From a virus: a stretch of 64,000 nt of DNA. Shown here one piece after another: positions 1-9,891 of this stretch (positions are counted from its first letter, which is position 1; each line of letters begins with the position of its first letter). The notes beneath the pieces are model-generated. The model saw only the letters and a program-made list of their open reading frames with translations. It was not told the origin of the DNA and searched no databases. The stretch covers positions 1 to 64,000 of the IMG/VR virus record IMGVR_UViG_3300049847_000663, one strand, 5' to 3'. The translations under genes were made by a program, and so were the position numbers.

Positions 1-1015
1 AAACTTCTCGACCAAATAAATATCTCCACAAATTAGTATTAGAGTTTGCTCCCAATGCTCTATTTGCTGAATCTGGTATTAAGCTCGCGTTAATTGAAGT
101 TGTGCCTAAATTATTAAGCGTAGTTGACGCTTTTCCGTCAAGTTGAGTTTGAATTGGTGATGTAACACCATCTAGACTTTGGAATTCAGAATTACTAACT
201 GATCCATCTGCAATTTTAGCTGCATCTATGGCAGCACTCGCGTTAATATCAGCATTAACTAAAGAGGCAGGAACTATAGTTGCTGTTATAGTATTACCTG
301 CATCATTATAAGTGAAATCGATTTTAGAAGAATCAGTAAGAATACTACCAACAGCATCCTGAGCTCTTTCATCAGTAAAATAAAGATTACTTCCTTCAGC
401 AACGTCACTTGTAGTAAGAGTGACTACACCAGTTTGACCATTTACGGAAACAACAGCATTTGAATTAACTGATTTTTGCCAAATACTACCACTATACACC
501 ACCCAATCACCCACACCAAAGGTGATAGAACCTGACCCTAAATTTTGAGTACCTGCCACGCTAACTAAATAAACATCTCCGGCGCTCCCGGTACCATCGG
601 CTAAAGTGGGGGAATTTGTAGAAGCGTTCCATGTACCTAAATAATCCATCACTGAATTGGGAAGTTGAGATGCTGGAATTTTTCCTCCAGCGTCTAGAGA
701 AGCAACTCCGTTATTAGCACCTTTTTGAGTTAATGGGATTTTAGCATCTAGTTGAGTTTGAATTGAACTTGTTACGCCATCAAGATATTGAAATTCAACA
801 TTACTTACACTTCCATCTGCTAATTTAGCTGCGTCAATAGCCGCACCAACTTTTATATCAGCATTTTCAATGTTTGTAATAGTATTACTATCAGCGTCGA
901 TTGTTTTATTGACTAACGTCTGAGATGCACTATTCGTGGTAATATTATCACCACCGACAGTCGCTGTACCAGTTACGGCTATACCTGTTTTAAATTTTCT
1001 TGGATCGTTTGACAT
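1..1015 (-). CDS. Tail fibre-like protein, 5' part (runs off the window start)
   Basis: ATG at 1015 reads MSNDPRKFKTGIAVTG...QTLVNKTIDADSNTITNIENADIK, sharing a repeat module with the 2177-3790 fibre. Absent from the ORF track because it is truncated. Confidence 0.75.
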   Translation of the reverse strand, partial: MSNDPRKFKTGIAVTGTATVGGDNITTNSASQTLVNKTIDADSNTITNIENADIKVGAAIDAAKLADGSVSNVEFQYLDGVTSSIQTQLDAKIPLTQKGANNGVASLDAGGKIPASQLPNSVMDYLGTWNASTNSPTLADGTGSAGDVYLVSVAGTQNLGSGSITFGVGDWVVYSGSIWQKSVNSNAVVSVNGQTGVVTLTTSDVAEGSNLYFTDERAQDAVGSILTDSSKIDFTYNDAGNTITATIVPASLVNADINASAAIDAAKIADGSVSNSEFQSLDGVTSPIQTQLDGKASTTLNNLGTTSINASLIPDSANRALGANSNTNLWRYLFGREV

Positions 1016-1025
1016 TTATTTCTCC

Positions 1026-1361
1026 TTATATATTATTAGCTATTATAATTTTACCAGCGAATCTACTATCTGGACTCTGAAGAGATTTAATAGATATCGC
1101 ATTTGTTAAACTGTCTATAAAAATTGTAGTATCTATAACATCGTAATCACTACCAACTAGTTCAAATACTTGAATAACTGGATTTGCTCCTCTTAAGTGA
1201 GTAGCTGCTGGAATCGTAATTGTATAGTAACCAGCAGATGGACTTCCCCAATCGGTAGTTGCGTTGAACGTTTGTTCAAAGTTAGGGAGACCGCCACTAC
1301 CACCAGTTTCAACGTAGTCGAAATTTCCAGTAAATGGATTAAAAGTTATCTTAGTTGCCAT
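1026..1361 (-). CDS. Putative virion structural protein
   Basis: 111 aa, beta-rich, in the tightly packed minus-strand tail operon. Confidence 0.6.
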   Translation of the reverse strand: MATKITFNPFTGNFDYVETGGSGGLPNFEQTFNATTDWGSPSAGYYTITIPAATHLRGANPVIQVFELVGSDYDVIDTTIFIDSLTNAISIKSLQSPDSRFAGKIIIANNI

Positions 1362-1649
1362 TTAGCTTTTTACCACACTAGTTAAACGGTTACTTCCATC
1401 ATAAGAAAGAGTTAAAGTTGCTACAGTTGCTACGCCAAGTTTATAAACAACGGTTCCAATTTCACCAATACCAGGACCTGAAACAATGTATGACAGATCA
1501 ATGCCGTCATAAACTTTAGGAACTAATTGTCCACCAACGTTAACAACACGCTGGGCAATAGTACCGTCATCAAGAATGTCAGTTGCAGTCCTGATGACTT
1601 GTGGAGCGTCTATATCTATCATTCCATTGGCATCTTTAGTATAAGCCAT
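1362..1649 (-). CDS. Putative virion structural protein
   Basis: 95 aa; C-terminal VATLTLSYDGSNRLTSVVKS; N-terminal DAPQVIR resembles DFPQVLR of 18577-20136. Confidence 0.6.
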   Translation of the reverse strand: MAYTKDANGMIDIDAPQVIRTATDILDDGTIAQRVVNVGGQLVPKVYDGIDLSYIVSGPGIGEIGTVVYKLGVATVATLTLSYDGSNRLTSVVKS

Positions 1650-1660
1650 TTATTTATTTC

Positions 1661-2167
1661 CTATTGTAAAGTAGTTATTCTTACAAAACTACCAGCTCTT
1701 ACTTCACCAAAAGTTCCAGCATGTGAAGAATATTTAAAAACTATATTTCCCGAACTTGCGCCAGTTTCTACATATAAACTTAATACGCATAAAGTATAGT
1801 CACCAATCTGTGTTGAAATATATTGACCAATCTGTGTTCCGTTTGAAGGAGTTTCAGATAAAGCCGCCGAACCTGAAGATTGCGGTCCGCCAGTACCAGC
1901 ATAAGTTTTTACGATACTAGCCGGATAATCAGGTTTAAATCGTAATGTAGCTTGAGCATCGGAATGAACAAATAGATAATATTCTAATAAGTATTTAGTA
2001 TTAGCCGCAGCTGCATAAGTAAAATCACTAACAGTTACTACTGTGGTATTAGTTGATACAGTCGATGTATTATATTTAATTTCAGGAGCCGCTATGTTAA
2101 AACCATTAACTTTAGCCGATCCGGAAATACTAACACCATTTTTAAAATTTCTTACTGTATTAGCCAC
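1661..2167 (-). CDS. Putative tail/fibre-associated protein
   Basis: 168 aa, Ser/Thr/Gly-rich; N-terminal RNFKNG resembles RKFKTG and PKFVKG of the neighbouring fibre genes. Confidence 0.55.
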   Translation of the reverse strand: MANTVRNFKNGVSISGSAKVNGFNIAAPEIKYNTSTVSTNTTVVTVSDFTYAAAANTKYLLEYYLFVHSDAQATLRFKPDYPASIVKTYAGTGGPQSSGSAALSETPSNGTQIGQYISTQIGDYTLCVLSLYVETGASSGNIVFKYSSHAGTFGEVRAGSFVRITTLQ

Positions 2168-2176
2168 ATTTACTTT

Positions 2177-3790
2177 CTATAATTTAATAATTTTATTTGT
2201 TACCCAAGTAGGCTGAATATTGTTATGAGCAGCTCCGCCACCGGTATTTTGGTTAGTTGCTGTTGTATTTTGAATAGCGACTGTATCAGTAACAACGTTT
2301 CCGTTAGTATTAGATACAGATCCTCGATTTATAACAGTACCGGCTCCACCACCAAACGCACTTATGAAATTATGATCATGCGCATTTTGTATATGAGTGT
2401 GTGAAGGCATTTCAGTTGTACTTAAAGTAATTCCTTCAAATCCACCAGTTGCTCCAAGTCCACCATTTATAAAAGTTCCTAGACGGTTAGCCGAAGTTCC
2501 GCCCATGTTATCTCGACCGGCTGCTACTCTACCTCTAAGATCGGGAGTAGGTAATCTTTTATTTGCAGCAAAGTCAGCAGTTGCACTAACACCCCGTGTA
2601 GTAGCAACACCAGAACTATCTTGAATAGGAAGAATTGTATTTGAATAAGAATTCCAAAATAAAGTATAGAGAGTAGCAGTATCGGTATTTGCTCTTTCAG
2701 TTGCGCCAGATGCAGCTGAACCTATAGTATTACCGCTTGCTAAAATATATCCAGTAGGAGAAGTAGTGCCTAAATAATCAAACATACTTCCTGTAGGGGT
2801 AGCGTTAGCTGAAGCTGCCCAAATTAAACCTGTAGCTTGAGTATTATCAGCAGTTAAAACGTCACCGTTTGATCCAACCCCGATACGAGTAACTGTATCA
2901 GATGCAGTTGCTACATAAAGATCACCTTTTGTAGTTAAAACTGATCTAGTTTGTTTACTATCAATTTGTGGTTGAATTGAGCCAGTCACGCCATTCACAT
3001 ATCCGATTTCTGTAGCTGTGGTTGTAGCTGGTGAAATTACACCAGAACCGTCACTTATTAAAGCTCGACTTGCTGTAGTAGCTGCTAATTTATTTAAAGA
3101 AATTGATGCACCAGATTTAATATCAGCATTTTCAATGTTTGTAATAGTATTGGAATCAGCATCAATTGTTTTATTTGTTAACGTTTGTGTATCACTGATA
3201 CCAACCGCAGAACTTAAAATTCCGGTTAATTGACCAAGTTCAGTGGACGTAACCGCTGAAGCACTTAAAACACCAGAACCATCCGATTGAATCGCTTTAT
3301 TTGATGTTAAACTGGCAAGTTTATTTAGAGAAATAGCTGCGCCGGATTTAATATCTGCGTTTTCGATATTAGTAATTGTATTTGAATCCGCGTCTATAGT
3401 TTTATTTGTTAGAGTTTGAGCGTCACTTGTTCCAACCACGGTACCAGTAGGAACTGTATTTGTTGAAATAGCTTGACCAGAACCATCACGAACTATGAAC
3501 TTATTAGCATCAACTAAAACCGTTTTTAAAGAACTAAGGGCTAAATCCTGAATGGTATTATTATCACCGTCGATTGTTTTATTTGTTAATGTTTGAGAAA
3601 AATCTTTTTCAACTAAAGTTCCTGATGTATCAGGAAGATCAAGGGTTCTATTTACTGTCTGTTTAGAAACTAAAGTGGTACCGGTACCGCTAGATGCGGT
3701 ATTATCGACAGTTAAGCCTAATTCTTTAGTTCGGTCAGTTTCGTTCTGGACAAAAAGACCTTTAACAAACTTAGGAAATGATAAAGCCAT
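2177..3790 (-). CDS. Tail fibre protein with collar domain
   Basis: Collar-like PTGSMFDYLGTTSPTGYILASG and PDLRGRVAAG; HxH metal motifs (SHTH, AHDH); internal QTLTNKTID repeats. Confidence 0.85.
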   Translation of the reverse strand: MALSFPKFVKGLFVQNETDRTKELGLTVDNTASSGTGTTLVSKQTVNRTLDLPDTSGTLVEKDFSQTLTNKTIDGDNNTIQDLALSSLKTVLVDANKFIVRDGSGQAISTNTVPTGTVVGTSDAQTLTNKTIDADSNTITNIENADIKSGAAISLNKLASLTSNKAIQSDGSGVLSASAVTSTELGQLTGILSSAVGISDTQTLTNKTIDADSNTITNIENADIKSGASISLNKLAATTASRALISDGSGVISPATTTATEIGYVNGVTGSIQPQIDSKQTRSVLTTKGDLYVATASDTVTRIGVGSNGDVLTADNTQATGLIWAASANATPTGSMFDYLGTTSPTGYILASGNTIGSAASGATERANTDTATLYTLFWNSYSNTILPIQDSSGVATTRGVSATADFAANKRLPTPDLRGRVAAGRDNMGGTSANRLGTFINGGLGATGGFEGITLSTTEMPSHTHIQNAHDHNFISAFGGGAGTVINRGSVSNTNGNVVTDTVAIQNTTATNQNTGGGAAHNNIQPTWVTNKIIKL

Positions 3791-3803
3791 TTAATGTATC
3801 CTT

Positions 3804-4286
3804 TTACTGCAAAATCGATTTAGCGTAAAATGTCATAAGTCCACTATAATTAACTGACCCAATATCGTTCGATGTATATAATATCTGCCCAGAATTAGTT
3901 ATATCTAGATTCACACCCGAATAACCGTTTACATTACATTGCGTCATTGTCCAAGGATTAGATGCGTTACTATCGTAAAGAACAGTCAATGTTCCACTTT
4001 CAGAAAAACCTGAAGGATTTGAATCACTTATGCGATAAATATTATAATTAATTATAGAAGATCTAACAGCTCCGCCATCGAAAATAAGACCAGTAACATC
4101 AGAAGGTGTAGTTTGATTATTAGCTACAGTAAATGAAGTTGGGAGAATGTCTGCAGAACCTACTATACTATCTAGAACATCAGTTACTGCTGACATCCAG
4201 TCAGTAGTGTCACCTCCCCAACCGGGTGGATCTCCAGCGTCGGGGATTTCATATGGTGTATTATTAATAATAAGAGTGCGAGACAT
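3804..4286 (-). CDS. Putative virion protein (first gene of the tail operon)
   Basis: 160 aa; GAGG SD; preceded by the late motif at 4321-4333. Confidence 0.6.
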   Translation of the reverse strand: MSRTLIINNTPYEIPDAGDPPGWGGDTTDWMSAVTDVLDSIVGSADILPTSFTVANNQTTPSDVTGLIFDGGAVRSSIINYNIYRISDSNPSGFSESGTLTVLYDSNASNPWTMTQCNVNGYSGVNLDITNSGQILYTSNDIGSVNYSGLMTFYAKSILQ

Positions 4287-4320
4287 CTTACCTCTAATTT
4301 TATGAATGGAACGTTCTATT

Positions 4321-4333
4321 ATATTTGTTAAAA
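4321..4333 (-). promoter_or_regulatory. Putative phage late promoter motif TTTTAACAAATAT
   Basis: The same motif lies upstream of the capsid, portal and terminase-region genes. Confidence 0.65.
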
Positions 4334-4374
4334 TTTCCCTTGTTTTTCTTTAAAATTAATGTAATACTCTAAAA

Positions 4375-4581
4375 ATGGTTTTAATGCTTTATTTCATTGT
4401 TATGTTTTTACTAGTTTATGCGTTTAGTCCTTCAAAAAATGTAACAAAATCAAATACTTGTGAGAAAATGCATAAGTGGATTTATAAAAATGAAGGAACT
4501 GAGGAAGAATATATGGTTTGTAGTGTATGTAATAAAACTCCGGGTCAGCTAGTATCCGGTTCAGAAGGGATTGAATTATGA
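4375..4581 (+). CDS. Small membrane-anchored protein with CxH/CxxC motif
   Basis: N-terminal hydrophobic segment; CEKMH...CSVC. Confidence 0.55.
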   Translation: MVLMLYFIVMFLLVYAFSPSKNVTKSNTCEKMHKWIYKNEGTEEEYMVCSVCNKTPGQLVSGSEGIEL

Positions 4582-4850
4582 CAATTGACCAATTAAAGTG
4601 TAATTATAAAAAAATACTAGTTAAATTTGGTAAACGTGAATTAAAAACGAATAAACATTTAAAACAGGTAATAAAAGACATTCAAAATCATTTTAAAGTG
4701 GATTCGTACTCTTTAACTTACGATGGCTATAAGGAAATTGCAGAAGTGAAGGTTTCAGACCTGTTTAATATATGCCTGGAATTAAAAGGATTTATTCCTT
4801 ATTATGATACTAAATCTTCTAGATTTTTAATTAAAAGGAAGAGAAAATGA
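4578..4850 (+). CDS. Hypothetical protein
   Basis: ATGA overlaps with both neighbours. Confidence 0.55.
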   Translation: MTIDQLKCNYKKILVKFGKRELKTNKHLKQVIKDIQNHFKVDSYSLTYDGYKEIAEVKVSDLFNICLELKGFIPYYDTKSSRFLIKRKRK

Positions 4851-5269
4851 AAATCTATATCACAGTTAATGACATTTTAACTAGCTCAGGTAAATATCCA
4901 GAACGAGCTGCACATCCAGAATGCACTAATGAAGTTAAAACTAACGCCGCTAAGCTTTGCGATGCCGTTAACGCTCTTTTTACTGATTTGAAATATAAAA
5001 GCAATTTAACCGTAAATTCCGGCTTTAGGACCAGTGAAGTTAATAAAAACATCCCAAACGCAGCTAAGAAGTCTCAGCACATGCTAGGAAACGCTGTAGA
5101 CCTTTCTGATGTTGATGGTAAACTAGATGAATTATTAACTTTAGACGCAACAGATGTTTTACTTAAAAAACATGGACTTTGGGTAGAAGATCCATCGGTG
5201 ACTAGATTTTGGACACATTTAGATTGTAAAGATCGAGGAAAACGCTCTAAAAATATATTTAAACCATAA
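4847..5269 (+). CDS. Peptidase M15 family endolysin
   Basis: NSGFR...SQHMLGNAVD...WTHLD zinc-binding motifs of the M15A family. Confidence 0.85.
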   Translation: MKIYITVNDILTSSGKYPERAAHPECTNEVKTNAAKLCDAVNALFTDLKYKSNLTVNSGFRTSEVNKNIPNAAKKSQHMLGNAVDLSDVDGKLDELLTLDATDVLLKKHGLWVEDPSVTRFWTHLDCKDRGKRSKNIFKP

Positions 5270-5318
5270 CTATTGATTTTTGTAAAATTATAGATTATTA
5301 TTAGTAAAAGAAACTTAA

Positions 5319-5999
5319 ATGGAGACTAAAATGAAAAAAATGCTATTAATCGGAACGTTTTTGCTATTAGCAGCTTGTGCTGGAGAAAAAGGAGTTAAAG
5401 GTGAAAAAGGAGATTCAGCACCCGTACCAACAGTTACACCTCTTGAACAAGACATTCAAAATTTAGTAAATGAAGAAAATGAATATCGTTTAACTCTTGG
5501 ACAAACTGTATTAACTTCGGGTCTTAGTTGCTCAGTTCAACAAGTTGCTTCAGGTCAACGTATTTCTAGTTCAAGTTCTTCAGGTTTAGGTACTGTTATT
5601 GTTACTACCGGAACTCGCTATACTTTTCTTTTAAAAGACGAGATTAACTTCGTTGGTGGTAATATGGGCGTTCAAAATAACCTTCTACCTTCAGCTCTTA
5701 GACCAGTATTTCAATCTTTAAACTATCTTCTTCGTTGTGAAGGTCAAATTGTAGTAACTGAAACCGACTATTATAATTTTGAATTAAATTCCGATGATGG
5801 TTCAATTTTAACGATTGACGGATCTGTTGTAATTAATAATGATGGAAATCATGGAATGACTGTAAAAACTGGATTTAAACATCTTAGACGCGGAGTTAGT
5901 CAATTTAAACTTGAATATGCACAAACTGGATCTGGAGCTTCTGGGCTAATTCTAACTTCTTCCGGTGAAACAATTCATCCAATGTTTTTATTTCACTAA
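5319..5999 (+). CDS. Lipoprotein with short collagen-like repeat and PA14-like domain
   Basis: Lipobox LLAAC; GEKGVKGEKGD; YNFELNSDDGSILTIDG...NNDGNH PA14 signature. Confidence 0.75.
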   Translation: METKMKKMLLIGTFLLLAACAGEKGVKGEKGDSAPVPTVTPLEQDIQNLVNEENEYRLTLGQTVLTSGLSCSVQQVASGQRISSSSSSGLGTVIVTTGTRYTFLLKDEINFVGGNMGVQNNLLPSALRPVFQSLNYLLRCEGQIVVTETDYYNFELNSDDGSILTIDGSVVINNDGNHGMTVKTGFKHLRRGVSQFKLEYAQTGSGASGLILTSSGETIHPMFLFH

Positions 6000-6007
6000 G
6001 GGATCTT

Positions 6008-6157
6008 ATGATTAAAAAGCAAGCTAACGGTAAATTTAAAGTAACTTCCGAGGACGGTAATAAAATCCTCGGAAAAGACATGACAAAAGAAGAAGCTAAA
6101 GAACGAATTAAACAAGTAGAAATATTTAAACGTATAAAAAATAAAGTAAAAAAATGA
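6008..6157 (+). CDS. Small basic hypothetical protein (49 aa)
   Basis: Read manually: MIKKQANGKFKVTSEDGNKILGKDMTKEEAKERIKQVEIFK...; AAGGGA SD. Confidence 0.55.
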   Translation: MIKKQANGKFKVTSEDGNKILGKDMTKEEAKERIKQVEIFKRIKNKVKK

Positions 6158-6307
6158 AGTATTTTGTAAGAACCGTTGAAGATTGTACACCAAAAATGTA
6201 TAAGTTTAAAACTAAAAAAGAAATGAATAAATTTTTAAAGAAGTTTAATAAGAAAAACGACGATTTTTGGGTAGATTTAATTTTTAAAGGTAAACTTATT
6301 TCTAAGG

Positions 6308-9300
6308 ATGAATATTATGATTAAACTTTTATTTTTCTTTAATTTATTATTTGCTCAAGAACGGTTCGTTTGTACAATCAAGGAAACCGGCGATCTACCT
6401 AAAATTCGTTTTCGTGGAGAAACTCGAGTCGAAGCTATGGAACGAGCTGTTAGGCTTTGTATGAACATTAGAACTCAAAAGTACGTAGGACTACGATTAA
6501 AAGCACCAAGTCCCGAGCGTTTAATTGTGTTTATGGAAGATTGTGTAAACAATGCTTATTGTATGGAGCTTAACCATGAGTAGATATAAATTCATTAAAG
6601 AACGTGATGAAAATAATACTTTCGATATAACCGAAATTACGTTTAATGTGGAAGCCGTTCAATTGGAAGATCTAATCCAAGAATTTGAACTCTTTCTAAA
6701 AGCATCCGGATTTATTTTTGATGGTAATTTAGAAATTCTTAATTTAGAGGTAGATACCAATGATTAGTTTTCCTATTTATAATTTTAATAATGAATTTTG
6801 GCTTGCTGACATAGTTTTAAACGTTAAAAACGGAGAAAGATACCACAAGCTTTTTCGCTTAACTGACGGTAAAACTGATTACGTGGAATCTAAGATTCTT
6901 TTTGTACAAGAACCAATCTCTTATGAGACTAGTAACTATGCTGATTTGAATTATCTAGTTAGTCGTCTAATTGAAGAAAATAAATATGGTAAAAAATAAA
7001 AAGAAAAAATTACAACTTCTTTATCATACCGACGGCACTTACGTTAAAAAAAGCGAATACGATAAGCTTAAAAAACAAATTAAAATATTGCAAACAATCT
7101 TACGTTCACATAATACAATAAGTCAATTAGAGGACAATTATGGAAAAATCAAATAAAACCGTAGCTCAGGATCACGTAGAAGATTGGCAAAATGACGATC
7201 AACTTAGATTATTTAGATTTTTAAATGAAGACGAAGTTCCGGATGATGTTAAGTATCGTTTACGTGATGATTCAGCTATTGAACGTTGGATTCAGGAAAA
7301 CCCCGTAATAATTAAAAATAAAGAAAATAAATGATACAAACTATTCTTAATTTTTTTAGAACATTAAAACGTATGTATGATTATGCGATGTTAGGTAAAG
7401 ATACCTACGACTGGGATTGTGGTTATTTACATACTTTAACTTTATTTTATCTTAAACGTCTTAAAATTGGATTAGAGATGGGTTATGCTGTACATGAACC
7501 TAATGACTTAAAAGCATTGAACGTTGCTATAAAGCTATTAGAAATCGCTTTAAAAAATGATTACGGTCCAAGTAGCGATAGGCATGATGAAAAGTGGGGA
7601 AAGCTTGAAACTTGGTTTGAACTATGTGTGGATCGCCCCGATATGTATGAATGGAAATCAAAAAGGGCAAATGCTATTACTGAAGAAGAGAAAAAACAAG
7701 AAAGAGAAGAGTTTTTACATTGTTATCAAATGGATGGATATCTTCAAGAAAAACGTATTCAAATTGCGTATAAGATTATAATGAAATATTACAGAAAATG
7801 GTGGGACTAAAGTTTTATGGCGAAGAATAAGAAAAATAAAGATTTAGGTTATTTATTTTATAGCGAAAAATATAATATTATTACTATTTTACGAATAGTA
7901 AATCCAAATAATGCACATTTTGAGTGGGATTGGGAAGATATGATTGATGTACAAATGGATCATATGGATTTTGACACGCATCCGCATCTATTAGTTGATG
8001 AATGGATTTATTTAGGACCTTTATGAAATACAAAGCCTATATGTGCGCAACCGATTTTAGGTTAGAATGGGTTCTTGATGATAGAGCCGAGTGTCCGGAA
8101 ATGTATAAAACAATAAAAGGACTAAAAAAAGATAGAATTTGCTGGAAAGAATGTGGTATAGTTGAAGTGGAAGTAAAGTTAGTCAAAATTAAAGTAAAGG
8201 GAACTATATGACTAAAACACCAAAAAATCAAAATTACTTGAACTCCTTTAATGACATACGTGATGCTAAAGCTAAAGAACTTTATGGACCTTACGGGGAC
8301 GAGGTTCCAAATACAAATTGTTTTCGGAAGGGATGGGATTCTTGTCGAGATGAGCTTACTAAACTGATCAATCCAAGCAAACTTCCTGACTATTTACATG
8401 AGGCAGTTCGTCAACGAAATATAACTCTCGAATCTGAAAATAAAAAGCTACGTGAGGTGCTTGAGTTAGGTATTAAGGCATCAAAAATGTGTACAGTTTT
8501 AGATGATAAAGATGCGATGGTTTTAGAAGCATTCGGAATAAAGGCCGAAGAAGCTCTGGAGAAAAAATGAAACTTAAATACGAAGATATAATTAAAGTGG
8601 CTAAATATTTAGAAGAACATTGTAAACTTTCTCCCGTTTACGTAAATCCTAATGATCGAGGAACTGCTTTGATTATTAATGTTACAAACACAAAGCAAGA
8701 AAAGCTTACTATTACAATTTATGATGAGCAGTATTATATGAATGCTAAAATTGTAAAAGAGGAAGAGCTATGAGCACTGAGCCTAGAAATATCCGCGAAG
8801 TCTTCCGAGAACATCAAGAAGATGACTTTGCTTGGTTTTGCTATAACCCAAATATCTGCGAAATAGCAGATGAAATAAAAGAGCTATTAGCGGCGCACGA
8901 TACCCTAGAACAAAAACTCGCTGTGGCGGTTGAGGCTTTAGAGTTTTATGAGAATGCAATTAATTACGCAAGCTCATCAATGGAAATTACAAAGGTTTGT
9001 GATAAAACAAATACTATAACGCTCGTCGAAAAGTTTGAGCAAGGTGATACTTATAACTACGGGACACCAATAATTTTAGACTCGGGTAATCGAGCAACTC
9101 AAGCTCTCTCTATCATTAATTCTAACAAGGAGGTAATTTGACTACTGAAATATATTGTAGTTTTTGTGAATATAAGTTTACAATAGAAGATTATTCATTT
9201 GGTCAAAATATACAATGTCCAAAATGTGAAAAACTAAATGGAACCGATTGGGACTACGTAGGTGACGGGGATAGTTTTGCTATTTGGACAACAAGTGAAC

Positions 9301-9891
9301 CTTTTATCTCAAAAGAGGAATTATGAGCTTCTTTTCATTAAATGAATTAAAAACAATCCAAGTAATACTAGATTCTAGAAGTAAAGCTGGAGACGGTACG
9401 GATGAAAATCCATACAGAAGTATTGTTAATGTATTTACCACTGGTGGTGAATTGATTGCAACAAATGATCATTTTGTTAATAACATGATAAATGATTATT
9501 ACAGAAATCTTCACAAACAGAGAAATAAAAAGATTAGCGATGAGCCTAAAGAATTCTCACTTGACGAAATTCACATGCAGATAGATAATAAGGCTTTAAG
9601 TATTACTATGCATTTAGATCAATGGAATAAAATCAAACTTTATGTTGAAAGTTTAGAAAAACAATTGAAAGAAAAAGAATAGTGAGTTTAACGCAATTAA
9701 ACCCGCAAATACCATTAATTACACCAAAAGGTGGAGCACAAGCAGTAGCCATTATTGATTATTCAGAAGAGCACGATTTAAAATGGGTTTGTATTTTAGA
9801 TGAAAATGGTGAAGTTTGGACGTTTAAGAATAGTGATGTTAGAGGGTATCCGAATGAGACAATGGGAAGAAAGAAGTTTAAAATTAAGTAA
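6308..9891 (+). other. Array of about 15 small overlapping hypothetical CDS (e.g. 6308-6583 secreted Cys protein, 7331-7810, 8208-8570, 8770-9141, 9138-9326 Zn ribbon, 9323-9682, 9682-9891)
   Basis: Same-strand ORFs with ATGA/TAATG overlaps and SD motifs; no recognisable catalytic motifs. Confidence 0.65.
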
